Shown piece after piece: positions 27,423-36,814 of a stretch of DNA of 64,000 nt (its first letter is position 1; the number at the start of each line of letters is the position of its first letter). The DNA is from an uncultured delta proteobacterium (GTDB lineage: Bacteria; Myxococcota; Myxococcia; Myxococcales; Myxococcaceae). Position numbers and translations under genes: made by a program. The DNA is taken from the NCBI GenBank assembly GCA_963796055.1, contig CAWCKH010000001.1, forward strand, positions 1-64,000, written 5' to 3'. The notes beneath the pieces are model-generated. The model saw only the letters and a program-made list of their open reading frames with translations. It searched no databases and had not been told where the DNA came from.

Positions 27423-29645
27423 ATGATTCGCCTCAACGACATCCTGACCCAGGTCAAGAGCTACCACCCCGACCCGGATCTGGACGTCATCAAGAAGGCC
27501 TACGTCTACTCGGCCAAGGTCCACCAGGGGCAGCTCCGGCACTCGGGCGAGCCCTACCTCGTCCATCCCCTCGAGGTTGCAGGCATCCTGGCCGACCTCA
27601 AGCTGGACGAGGCGAGCATCGTCACCGGGCTCCTCCACGACACCATCGAGGACACCCTGGCCACCCCCGACGAGCTGACCGAGCTCTTCGGACCCGAGGT
27701 CACCCAGCTGGTGGATGGGGTGACCAAGCTGTCCAAGTTCCAGGCCAGCGCCACCCTGAGCCAGGAGGAGAAGCAGGCCGAGAACTTCCGGAAGATGATC
27801 ATCGCGATGGCGCAGGACATCCGCGTCATCCTGGTGAAGCTCGCCGACCGCACCCACAACATGCGGACGCTGGAGTACATGCGCGAGGACAAGCGCCAGC
27901 GCATCGCCCAGGAGACGCTGGACATCTACGCGCCGCTGGCCAACCGGCTGGGCATCAGCTGGATCAAGACCGAGCTGGAGGACCTGAGCTTCCGCTGGCT
28001 CAAGCCCGCCGAGTACGCCGACCTCGCCGAGCGCGTGGGCAAGCGCAAGAAGGAGCGCGAGCAGTACATCGACGACGTGGTCCACCTCATCGAGCGCAAG
28101 CTCACCGAGCGCGACCTCCAGGCGAAGGTCTCGGGACGCTTCAAGCACCTCTACAGCATCTGGAAGAAGATGCGGGCCAACGGCATCGACTTCGACCAGG
28201 TGCACGACATGATCGCCTTCCGGCTGATCATGCCCACCATCCCCAGCTGCTACGAGGCCCTCGGGCTCATCCACCAGCTGTGGAAGCCGGTGCCGGGGCG
28301 GTTCAAGGACTTCATCGCCATCCCCAAGCCAAACATGTACCAGTCGCTTCACACCACGGTCATCGGGCCGCTGGGGGAGCGGGTGGAGGTGCAGATCCGC
28401 ACCGAGGAGATGCACCGGATCGCCGAGGAGGGCATCGCCGCCCACTGGGCCTACAAGGAAGGCAAGGCGCTGGTCAGCCGGGACGACGAGAAGTTCGCCT
28501 GGCTACGGCAGCTGATGGAGTGGCAGCAGGACCTGAAGGACCCCAAGGAGTTCCTGGAGACGGTGAAGGTGGACCTCTTCACCGACGAGGTCTTCGTCTT
28601 CACCCCCAAGGGCGACGTGAAGAGCCTCCCCCGGGGCGCGACGCCGGTGGACTTCGCCTACGCCATCCACTCCGACGTGGGCGGCCGCTGCGTGGGCGCC
28701 AAGGTGAACGGGAAGATCGTCCCCCTGCGGTACAAGCTGAAGAACGGCGATACGGTGGAGGTGCTCACCAGCCCCGGCGCCCACCCGAGCAAGGACTGGC
28801 TGACCTTCGTCAAGACCAGCCGGGCCCAGCAGCGCATCCGCGGCTTCATCAAGCAGCAGCAGAGGGAGAAGAGCCAGCAGCTCGGCCGCGAGCTCCTGGA
28901 CAAGGAGTTCCGGCGGGTCGGCCTGAACCTCAACAAGCTGCTCCGCTCCGGCGAGCTGAAGCCGGTGGCGGCCGAGCTGGGATACCGCATCGAGGACGAC
29001 CTGATGGTGGGCGTGGGCTACGGCAAGGTGGTTCCCAACCAGCTGCTGGCCCGCCTGCTCCCCCCCGAGAAGCTGGCGGAGACCGAGAAGGCGGCACGGA
29101 CCGACGGGACCAACGGGACGCCGGCCGCCGAGAGCGCGTCCCCGACGCCGGTGGCGAACAGCCTCGGTCGGGTGACCGAGCTGGCGAGGAAGCTGGTCGG
29201 GCGGCGGAGCCGGACCGGCGTCCTCATTGGCGGCGTGGACGACGTGCTGGTCCGCTTCGGCCGCTGCTGCAACCCGGTGCCCGGAGACCCGATCGCGGGC
29301 TTCATCACCCGCAACCAGGGGGTGACGGTGCACACCGTGGGGTGCGAGCGCGCGCTGGCCACCGACCCCGAGCGCCGGGTGGACGTCGCCTGGGACGTGC
29401 GCGGCGACTACAAGCGCGCGGTCACGCTCCGGGTCCTCACCGCCGACCGGCCGGGGCTGCTGGCCGACATGTCCAACATCTTCAGCAAGAAGGGCGTCAA
29501 CATCAGCCAGGCCAACTGCCGGGTGACCGGGGACGACCGGGCGGTGAACACCTTCGAGGTCACGATCTCCGACCTGAAGCAGCTCACCGATCTGATGCGG
29601 ACCATCGAGCGGCTGAACGGCGTGTACTCGGTGGAGCGCGTGTGA
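27423..29645 (+). CDS. relA: Bifunctional (p)ppGpp synthetase/hydrolase Rel
   Basis: HQGQLR.SGEPY..HP, LLHDTIED, RFKD (RxKD), YQSLHT, EVQIRT, TGS (FTPKG..DFAYAIHS), CCNPVPGD and C-terminal ACT (DRPGLL). Confidence 0.97.
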   Translation: MIRLNDILTQVKSYHPDPDLDVIKKAYVYSAKVHQGQLRHSGEPYLVHPLEVAGILADLKLDEASIVTGLLHDTIEDTLATPDELTELFGPEVTQLVDGVTKLSKFQASATLSQEEKQAENFRKMIIAMAQDIRVILVKLADRTHNMRTLEYMREDKRQRIAQETLDIYAPLANRLGISWIKTELEDLSFRWLKPAEYADLAERVGKRKKEREQYIDDVVHLIERKLTERDLQAKVSGRFKHLYSIWKKMRANGIDFDQVHDMIAFRLIMPTIPSCYEALGLIHQLWKPVPGRFKDFIAIPKPNMYQSLHTTVIGPLGERVEVQIRTEEMHRIAEEGIAAHWAYKEGKALVSRDDEKFAWLRQLMEWQQDLKDPKEFLETVKVDLFTDEVFVFTPKGDVKSLPRGATPVDFAYAIHSDVGGRCVGAKVNGKIVPLRYKLKNGDTVEVLTSPGAHPSKDWLTFVKTSRAQQRIRGFIKQQQREKSQQLGRELLDKEFRRVGLNLNKLLRSGELKPVAAELGYRIEDDLMVGVGYGKVVPNQLLARLLPPEKLAETEKAARTDGTNGTPAAESASPTPVANSLGRVTELARKLVGRRSRTGVLIGGVDDVLVRFGRCCNPVPGDPIAGFITRNQGVTVHTVGCERALATDPERRVDVAWDVRGDYKRAVTLRVLTADRPGLLADMSNIFSKKGVNISQANCRVTGDDRAVNTFEVTISDLKQLTDLMRTIERLNGVYSVERV

Positions 29646-29664
29646 GTCAGGGCTCCTGGCGGCG

Positions 29665-30234
29665 CTAGGCTGCCTCGGCGCTCTCGATCACCGGCGCCGG
29701 CGACAGCTCCGGGTGCTGCGCCGCGAGCTCGGCGCGCAGGTCGGCGGGGAGGGCGATGAACGCCATCCGGGCCGCGGCGATGCGCTGCCGATCCTGGCCG
29801 TGGGGCTTCCTGGAGATCTCCAGCTCGCGCTCCAGGTAGATGCGGATCATCGCCGGCCGACCGGTGAGGATGAGCACCTCGGCCAGGCCCAGGTGCGGGT
29901 CGCCCAGCGCGGCGCCGCTCCAGTGCTCGGGCACGGCACGCCGCACGTCCTCGGGCCGGACCGCCCCTATGGCGAAGGCCCGGCCCAGCGCCTCGCCCAG
30001 CAGCCGGCGCTCGGCGGGGATGAGCCGGCCCACCGCGTTGAGCAGGGTGCCGGCGAGCGGCCCGAAGGTGAACATCAGCTCGAAGAATCGAGACCGGGTG
30101 AGCTCGTGGCCGTGCTCCTCCAGCCAGCGGACGATCTCCCGCGCGTCGTGGGTGCGCAGCGCGTCCTTGAGGACCTGACGGGCCTGGGAGATGTCGAGGC
30201 GGGGATCCCGGGCGTTCGGGGCAGTGGAGAGCAT
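29665..30234 (-). CDS. Hypothetical helical protein
   Basis: 189-aa ORF with natural amino-acid composition that fills the rel-ridA gap. Confidence 0.55.
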   Translation of the reverse strand: MLSTAPNARDPRLDISQARQVLKDALRTHDAREIVRWLEEHGHELTRSRFFELMFTFGPLAGTLLNAVGRLIPAERRLLGEALGRAFAIGAVRPEDVRRAVPEHWSGAALGDPHLGLAEVLILTGRPAMIRIYLERELEISRKPHGQDRQRIAAARMAFIALPADLRAELAAQHPELSPAPVIESAEAA

Positions 30235-30250
30235 GCTGGCCGGAGGCGCT

Positions 30251-30266
30251 TGCAACGCCCGGCCCA
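30251..30266 (-). promoter_or_regulatory. Putative sigma54 promoter
   Basis: TGGGCCGGGCGTTGCA (GG-N10-GC) upstream of ORF 29665-30234. Confidence 0.35.
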
Positions 30267-30416
30267 CCGGGCGCGGCGCGTCGAGACCCAGGGGTGGCGC
30301 ACGCTTGAGGCCCGGAGGGTCCGGCGCCGCCGCGGGTCAACGGCTGGGCGCGGGGTCGTCTCCACCCGGCGGGCAGCAGTTGCACCCTCAGGGTGGGCGG
30401 GAGTAGCAGGCAGCCC

Positions 30417-30803
30417 ATGCACCGGTCCGTGATCGAGTCCCTGCAGGCTCCGAAGGCCATCGGCCCCTACTCGCAGGCGATCGCCGTGCCCGCCTCGCGG
30501 ATGGTGTTCCTCTCCGGGCAGATCCCGCTCGACCCGGGAACCGGCGAGCTGGTGGCGGGGGACGTGAGCGCCCAGACCGCGCAGGTGATGAAGAACCTCG
30601 GAGCGGTGCTCACCGCCGCCGGCGTGTCGTTCGACCACGTGGTCCGCTGCACCATCTACCTGGTCGACCTCGCCGACTTCGCAGCAGTCAACAAGGTCTA
30701 CGCTCAGGCGTTCCGGACCGCCCCGCCGGCGCGGGCCACGGTGCAGGTGGCGGCGCTGCCCAAGGGCGCCCGGGTGGAGATCGACGCCATCGCCGTGGGC
30801 TGA
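30417..30803 (+). CDS. ridA: RidA/YjgF family deaminase
   Basis: APKAIGPYSQA, SGQIP and PARATVQVAALP.GA.VEIDA. Confidence 0.93.
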   Translation: MHRSVIESLQAPKAIGPYSQAIAVPASRMVFLSGQIPLDPGTGELVAGDVSAQTAQVMKNLGAVLTAAGVSFDHVVRCTIYLVDLADFAAVNKVYAQAFRTAPPARATVQVAALPKGARVEIDAIAVG

Positions 30804-30878
30804 GGGCGAGGGGTTCGGTTCGAGCGAGCGGTGGAGAGTTCCTGGCCAGGGGGCCGATGCCTGCATCGACGGCCTGAA

Positions 30879-30918
30879 CGAGCTCAGCAGAGCTGATCGG
30901 TCAGCTCCGCTGAGCTCG
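30879..30918. terminator. 18-bp hairpin between convergent ridA and dsbA-like genes
   Basis: CGAGCTCAGCAGAGCTGA-TCGG-TCAGCTCCGCTGAGCTCG; 17 of 18 pairs on +, fully paired with one G-U on -. Confidence 0.6.
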
Positions 30919-30935
30919 GGTGCGGCCGGCGCCCT

Positions 30936-32306
30936 TCAGTTCCGCGCGGCGGACGGCCCGGCCGTCGCGTCCGCCACCAGCCGCCCATAGAGGTCGGCCG
31001 GCTTCACGCCGGAGGACAGGAGCTTGTCCGCGCGGGCGATCTCCTTGTCGATCTCCGCCTTGAGCTGCTCGAAGGACTGCCATCCCCCGATGTGCTCGCG
31101 GCCGTTCACGAAGAAGGTGGGTGTCGCCGAGACGCCGGCCGCGCTGGCGGCCTGCTTGTCAGCGGCCACCCGGCCCTCGGTCGCGGGGTCGGTCAGCGAG
31201 GCCCTGAACCTCGTCAGGTCCATGCCGAAGGAGGCCGCGGCCTTCTCCAGCGAGGCCTGGTCGAGCTCGTGCTGGTGGGCGTACATCCAGTCGTGCATCT
31301 GCCAGAACTTTCCCTGGGCCTGGGCAGCCACGCCGGCCCGCGCGGCCAGGGGCGCGTCGGGATGCATCGGCAGGGGCAGGTGCCGGAACACGAACCGGAC
31401 GTCCTTGGGGTAGGCCTGGCGGATCTGCGCCACGATCGGCGCGGCGCGCGAACAGAACGGGCACTGGAAGTCGCTCCACTCGACGATGGTGACCTTCGCC
31501 ACCGCCGGGCCGAACGAGGGTGAATCGGCCGGCGCGTCCACCTTCTTCACCACCGGGGGCGGGATGGCGGACGCCACGGCCTTCTCTTGCAGACGGGCGT
31601 ACACCTGGGCCGCCGGAACGCCCTGCCGCACCATCCCCTCGGCCTTGGCCAGCTCCTCGTCGATGAGGCTGCTGAACGCGTCCAGAGGCGCAGCGCCACC
31701 GGGCAGCCGGCGCCCGTTGACGAAGAAGGCCGGGGTGCCGCTGACGTTCACGTTGGTGGCGAGGTCCATGTCCCGCTGGATGACCGCCGCGACCTTGGGG
31801 TCGTTCTGGTCTCGCTTCCAGCGCTCCACGTCCAGACCGATCTCCCGCGCGTACTTCTCCAGCGTGTCGGGGTCGAGCTGCGGGCTGGCGAACAGCCGGT
31901 CGTGCATCTCCCAGTACCGGCCCTGCATCCCTGCGGCCACCGCGGCCCGGGAGGCAGCCATGGCCTGCGGGTGGAGAGACACCAGCGGGAACTGCTTCAT
32001 CACCAGCCGCACCTTCCCCGCGTACTTCTTCTCCACCTGGCTCACCGTGGCGTGCGCCTGCCGGCAGTAGGGGCACTGGTAGTCGCTGAATTCCACCAGC
32101 GTCACCAGGGCGTCGGCCGGGCCGCGCGCCGGTGAATCCTCGACCGGGAGCCGGAAGACGGTGGTGTCCGGGGGCGGCCGCTGGCGGACCGACGGGGTAC
32201 CGGGGCGCTGGGCAACCGCGGTGGGGACGGTGGTGCGGGTGGCCTGGCCGACGAAGAAGCCCAGGATGAGCCCCGCGGCCAGGACGAGAAGGTGGCTGAC
32301 TTTCAT
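30936..32306 (-). CDS. Tandem DsbA-like thioredoxin domain protein
   Basis: N-terminal anchor; EFSDYQCPYC and EWSDFQCPFC, each with a (G/A)TP.FFVNG cis-Pro loop. Confidence 0.92.
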   Translation of the reverse strand: MKVSHLLVLAAGLILGFFVGQATRTTVPTAVAQRPGTPSVRQRPPPDTTVFRLPVEDSPARGPADALVTLVEFSDYQCPYCRQAHATVSQVEKKYAGKVRLVMKQFPLVSLHPQAMAASRAAVAAGMQGRYWEMHDRLFASPQLDPDTLEKYAREIGLDVERWKRDQNDPKVAAVIQRDMDLATNVNVSGTPAFFVNGRRLPGGAAPLDAFSSLIDEELAKAEGMVRQGVPAAQVYARLQEKAVASAIPPPVVKKVDAPADSPSFGPAVAKVTIVEWSDFQCPFCSRAAPIVAQIRQAYPKDVRFVFRHLPLPMHPDAPLAARAGVAAQAQGKFWQMHDWMYAHQHELDQASLEKAAASFGMDLTRFRASLTDPATEGRVAADKQAASAAGVSATPTFFVNGREHIGGWQSFEQLKAEIDKEIARADKLLSSGVKPADLYGRLVADATAGPSAARN

Positions 32307-32393
32307 GATGACTCTGGACTGCTCCTCGGGAGGGGCGCCGCCCGGCGCGGCTGGAAGCGACCGGCGGCAGTGCTATGAAGGGGATACTCCGGC

Positions 32394-32681
32394 ATGGGCC
32401 GCCTCGTCCAGCTTCGGGTCGGGGCGCTGCCCTGTCCACTCCCCATCGTGCGGCTTGCCGAGTGCGCCCGCGGGCTGGACGCCGGCGATCTGGTGGACCT
32501 CACCGGCTCGGACCCGGCGATCGGCCCGGACGTGGATGCCTGGTGCATGCGCTTTGGCCACCGCGTGCTGTCCGCGGACCGGGGTCCGGGTGGGTGGAGC
32601 ATCCGGGTCCAGCTCACCTCCCGCGGACGGGATTGGGTACCCGGCGCCCCGGGGGGGCAGGAGTCCAACACCGCGGGATGA
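32394..32681 (+). CDS. TusA/SirA-family sulfur carrier
   Basis: CPLP motif and DP....DV.AWC...GH. Confidence 0.75.
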   Translation: MGRLVQLRVGALPCPLPIVRLAECARGLDAGDLVDLTGSDPAIGPDVDAWCMRFGHRVLSADRGPGGWSIRVQLTSRGRDWVPGAPGGQESNTAG

Positions 32682-32725
32682 CGGCCGGGCAGCGATGGCA
32701 CCGGGCTTGAAGTGACCCGTGGCCC

Positions 32726-33607
32726 ATGAGACTTCGCAACTCAGCAGTTCCCGGTGCGGGCCCGGTGTCGGAGCCGGACATCGTCGCCGAGGCCGATGCG
32801 CTCGCTCGGTCCATCGGGCTGCTCAGCGACGAAGTCCAGGCGCTGAGCGAACGCGCCGCCCGGCTGCAACAGGCTGGTCATCCGGAGGCGGAGTGGCTCC
32901 TGGCCCGGTTCCAGACCCACCGGCTCGCTTGCCCCGACCTCTCGGGCCCCGCGGCCCGGATCCTGATCCAGGCCAGCTTCGCCGCCCTCGAGGAGCACCG
33001 GGCCGGGCTGGCACGCGACGCCGCGGAGCTCGACCGGGTCGAGGCCGCCGCCGAGGAGGCCCGGGCCGAGGAGGTGCGACGTGCCGAGGCCGCGAGGAGG
33101 GAGGCGGAGGCCCGCGCCCGACGCGAGGCACAGGCGGCCGCCCAGCGACGCCCGGGCCCCGCGCCGGTCCTCTCTCCGCAGGGGGCCCCGGCCCCCGCCG
33201 GTCCCCGGCCTGCGGGTCAGCCGCTGGGCAAGATCTCTGCCCCCGCGGCGGCCGTCGCGGGGGGCCCGGGCCGCAACGGCGCCCGCGTCCCGATGCAGAC
33301 CCAGGTGGACATGACGAGCGACTCGAACGTCTTCACCGGGTTCAGCACCAACCTGAGCGAGGGCGGGGTGTTCGTCGCCACGGTGAATCTACTGCCCGTG
33401 GGGACGCCGGTGGACCTGACCTTCAGCCTTCCGGGGAAGACCCGCATCACGGTCAGGGGCGAGGTGCGCTGGACGCGCGAGATCGACGACCGGGTGCCGG
33501 ACGTGTTCCCCGGGGTGGGCGTGCGCTTCCTCGAGCTCAGCGCCGAGGCCAGCGAGGCGCTGCACCGCTTCGTGGCCGAGCGCGAGCCGCTCTTCTACCC
33601 GGACTGA
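32726..33607 (+). CDS. Coiled coil + PilZ (TIGR02266-type) protein
   Basis: RNGAR (RxxxR), GFSTNLSEGGVF (NxSxxG), GEVRW, PGVGVRF and REPLFY. Confidence 0.88.
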   Translation: MRLRNSAVPGAGPVSEPDIVAEADALARSIGLLSDEVQALSERAARLQQAGHPEAEWLLARFQTHRLACPDLSGPAARILIQASFAALEEHRAGLARDAAELDRVEAAAEEARAEEVRRAEAARREAEARARREAQAAAQRRPGPAPVLSPQGAPAPAGPRPAGQPLGKISAPAAAVAGGPGRNGARVPMQTQVDMTSDSNVFTGFSTNLSEGGVFVATVNLLPVGTPVDLTFSLPGKTRITVRGEVRWTREIDDRVPDVFPGVGVRFLELSAEASEALHRFVAEREPLFYPD

Positions 33608-33633
33608 CGGCCGAAGCCGGTCTCGGCCGTGGC

Positions 33634-34584
33634 TCAACCCAGCGGCTCTCCGCCGTGGACAGGCGCCGAGGTCACGTCGAGCACCCGCTGCTCCAGCGAG
33701 CTGCCCTGGGCGAGCGAGGTGATGCGCGCGCCGCGGGCGAGCAGGAGCTCGAGCACCGAGGCAATGACGTCGTCGGCGGGAGGCGCATCGGGCGAGAGCC
33801 GCACCGTGAGCCGTCCGGACGGGGAGAGGTCCAGCTGGGCCACCCCGGGCAGCAACCGGATCTCCGGAAGCGGCACGTCCCCGCGGCTCAGCTGGACCGA
33901 GAACTCGGCGCCGCGCCGGGTGACCTCGGCCAGCGTGCCGTCCTGGACCACCTTGCCGTGGTCGAGCACCGTGACCGCATCGCAAAGCCGCTCCAGCTCC
34001 GAGAGGTTGTGGCTGCTGATGACCACCGTTCGCTGCCCGCGCAGCCCGGCCAGGAGCGTTCGGACCTCTGCCGCAGCCCGCGGGTCCAGCCCGGCGGTGG
34101 GCTCGTCGAGGAGCAGCAACTCCGGCGCGCCGAGCAGCGCCTGGGCCAGGGCAACCCGCTTGGCCACCCCGTGGGAGAGCGACCGCGGCGAGGCATCCCA
34201 GGCCTCGGGGAGGGCCACTTGCTCCAGGGCGATGCGGGCCGCGGCCTCCGGACGGGTCTCCCCGGACAGCCTGGCCCAGGTCGTCAGGAGCGTGCCCACG
34301 TCGAGGTACGCGGGCAGCGGCGCATCCTGGGGGAGCACGCCGAGGCGCGGGCGGGCGGGGCCCCGGTCGTGCGGGTCCCGGGCCAGAACGCGCACCGTGC
34401 CCTGGCCCGGGCGCAGGAACCCGGCGGCGAGGCCGAAGGTGGTCGTCTTGCCGGCGCCGTTCGGACCCACCAGGCCGTGGCAGCTGCCGGTGCGTACCTG
34501 GAAGCTCACCCGGTCGAGCGCCACCGTCCTGCCGTAGCGCTTCGTCACCCCGTCGAAGCTGAGCGCGGCGTCCACGGCGGTCAC
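33634..34584 (-). CDS. ABC transporter ATP-binding protein
   Basis: GPNGAGKT, LSHG, LLLDEP and SSH; GTGA overlap with the permease. Confidence 0.92.
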   Translation of the reverse strand: MTAVDAALSFDGVTKRYGRTVALDRVSFQVRTGSCHGLVGPNGAGKTTTFGLAAGFLRPGQGTVRVLARDPHDRGPARPRLGVLPQDAPLPAYLDVGTLLTTWARLSGETRPEAAARIALEQVALPEAWDASPRSLSHGVAKRVALAQALLGAPELLLLDEPTAGLDPRAAAEVRTLLAGLRGQRTVVISSHNLSELERLCDAVTVLDHGKVVQDGTLAEVTRRGAEFSVQLSRGDVPLPEIRLLPGVAQLDLSPSGRLTVRLSPDAPPADDVIASVLELLLARGARITSLAQGSSLEQRVLDVTSAPVHGGEPLG

Positions 34585-35453
34585 AGGTCCCTGAACCGGA
34601 ACGCGGCCCAGGCGCCAGCGAGGAAGACGGTCCCGAAGGCCGCGTAGGCCGCAGCCGAGGTGAGCAGGGCGGTGGACGAGCCGAGCACACCCGAGGCGTA
34701 CGCGGATGGCGACAGCCAGCGGAGGGCCTCGGTCCACGAGGCGGAGCCGCCCATCCGGTGCACCAGCGCCGCCCGGCCTCCGATGGCGTCGAGGAGCCAG
34801 AACCCGAACAGCGCCACCACGTTGAGCAGCAGGCTGGCCGCAGGGCTGCTGGTCAGCGTCGACGAGAGCGCGGTCAGGGCGAGGTACCCGAAGGCGAAGG
34901 CCGTGCCCCCCACCCAGAAGCGGGCCGCCGCCTCGGCGTAGCCGAGCGGCTCGAGCCCCGGCCGCAGACCCGCACCGGCCACGAAGAGGCCAGTCAGCAC
35001 CAGCGCCAGGAGCACCCCCAGAACCAGCGCCTGGGCGACGAACTTTCCGGCGAGGATGCTTCCCCGCCGTGCCCGGACCGCGAGGTAGCGGACGCTGCCC
35101 GTGTTCACCTCGGCGCTGACCTGGTCGTAGCCGAGGAGGGCGATGAAGAGCGGAAGGAAGAAGAGCGTGGCCCGGAACACCAGCGGCACCAGCAGGGGGA
35201 GCTCGGACAGGCGCTGGAAGGCCGCGCCGTCCTCGCCGGCCAGGAAGCCCAGGATGCCCGCGCTGGCCGCGGCGGCAGCCTCGGGGCCCTGGGCGTCGAG
35301 TCCGCGGGTCAGCAGCCCCACCACCAGGCCGATCAGCGCGGTCGAGGTGGCGAAGAGCAGCAAGAGAACCAGCACCCGGGCGTTCCGGACGATGCGAAGC
35401 AGCTCGGTCCGGCTCACCGCCAGGGTCTCGAGGAGGGGGCTCGACGGGCTCAA
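34581..35453 (-). CDS. ABC-2 type permease
   Basis: About 6 TM segments; GYD.VS.E...G..RYL.....R..IL.GKF. Confidence 0.85.
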   Translation of the reverse strand: MSPSSPLLETLAVSRTELLRIVRNARVLVLLLLFATSTALIGLVVGLLTRGLDAQGPEAAAAASAGILGFLAGEDGAAFQRLSELPLLVPLVFRATLFFLPLFIALLGYDQVSAEVNTGSVRYLAVRARRGSILAGKFVAQALVLGVLLALVLTGLFVAGAGLRPGLEPLGYAEAAARFWVGGTAFAFGYLALTALSSTLTSSPAASLLLNVVALFGFWLLDAIGGRAALVHRMGGSASWTEALRWLSPSAYASGVLGSSTALLTSAAAYAAFGTVFLAGAWAAFRFRDL

Positions 35454-35530
35454 CGTGGGCCCAGGGCCTACCAGAGGATACCGGCCAAAGTCTTCACCGG
35501 TCGGCGGAGGTCATCGTACGATGAAGGGAC

Positions 35531-36814
35531 ATGCGCGCTGCGCTCCCCCTCGCGTTCCTCGCCGTGCTGCTCAGCGGCTTCGCCCCCGAGGACGAGGCGC
35601 TCGATCCCGCCACCCTTCCCGGAGCCTTCAGCTTCCCGGCTTCGGTGGACACGTCCGAGGCCACGCCGGTGGCTCCCGTCGCCTCGCCCGCGGTGCCGAG
35701 CCGGGTGAAGACCCCGCCGCTCGCCTCGGTGCGTCCACTCGCGCCGGCCGACGATCTGCTCTCGCGCGCCCGCCGGGACGGCTCGCGCTACGTGGTGGCG
35801 GAACCGGAAGGGGAGGCGGCACTCACCCTGGTTCCCTCCATCCAGGAGAGCCTCGCCCGTACGCTCACCGACTACCAGACACCCTGGGCGGCGGTGGTGG
35901 TGCTCGAGCCTTCCTCCGGGCGGGTGCTGGCGATGGTGGAGCACAGCCAGGCCGCGCCTGGACTCCGGGGCCTCCCGGTCAAGGCGGTGTTTCCCGCGGC
36001 GAGCGTCTTCAAGCTGGTGACCGCCAGCGCGTTGCTCGACGAGGGGGTCAGCCCCGAGGACGAGTCCTGCTACCACGGCGGCAAGCGGCGGGTGAGCGAG
36101 TCGCTGCTCGCCGACTCGAGCCGCGACCGCGAGTGCGTCAGCCTCTCCGAGGCCCTGGGGCGGAGCACCAACGTGGTCTTCGCCAAGCTGACCCACCGCT
36201 ACCTCGACGCGGACAAGCTCCGCGCCGCGGCCGAGCTGTTCCACTTCAACCGGCCCATCCCCTTCGCCATCCCCACCGAACCGTCGCTGGCCGCAGTCCC
36301 TGACCAGCCGCTGGAGCTGGCGCGCACGGGGGCGGGCTTCGGGGACGTGTACCTCTCGCCGCTGCACGGGGCGCTCATCGCCTCGGTCGCTGCGAACCGC
36401 GGTCTGTGGCGCGCTCCGATCCTCTTCGAGCGGGACCTCGCCACCGCGCCGGACCCGGAGCGGGTGCTGAGCGAGGAGCGGGCCCAGGAGCTGACCGCGA
36501 TGATGGAGGAGACGGTGACCCATGGCACCGCCCGGCGCTTCTTCCGCCTGCGGGAGCTCCGGGGCGCGGTGGGCAAGACCGGCTCGCTCGCCGACCGGAA
36601 CCCCTTCCGCGACTACTCCTGGTTCGTCGGCTTCGCCCCCAAGGACGAGCCCCGGATCGCGGTGGCCGCGGTGGTGGTGAACGAGCCCCGCTGGCGCATC
36701 CGCGCGCCCTGGCTGGCCCGGGAGGCGATGCGGCTCGGGCTGGACGCGGTGGGGTCGGGGCGGCTGGCCTCGCTCAGCGGAGCTCGATCAGCCCCTGCTC
36801 GACGAAGCCCTTGA
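35531..36814 (+). CDS. Stand-alone penicillin-binding transpeptidase domain protein
   Basis: Signal/anchor sequence; SxxK (SVFK), SxN (STN) and KTG motifs intact. Confidence 0.88.
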   Translation: MRAALPLAFLAVLLSGFAPEDEALDPATLPGAFSFPASVDTSEATPVAPVASPAVPSRVKTPPLASVRPLAPADDLLSRARRDGSRYVVAEPEGEAALTLVPSIQESLARTLTDYQTPWAAVVVLEPSSGRVLAMVEHSQAAPGLRGLPVKAVFPAASVFKLVTASALLDEGVSPEDESCYHGGKRRVSESLLADSSRDRECVSLSEALGRSTNVVFAKLTHRYLDADKLRAAAELFHFNRPIPFAIPTEPSLAAVPDQPLELARTGAGFGDVYLSPLHGALIASVAANRGLWRAPILFERDLATAPDPERVLSEERAQELTAMMEETVTHGTARRFFRLRELRGAVGKTGSLADRNPFRDYSWFVGFAPKDEPRIAVAAVVVNEPRWRIRAPWLAREAMRLGLDAVGSGRLASLSGARSAPARRSP

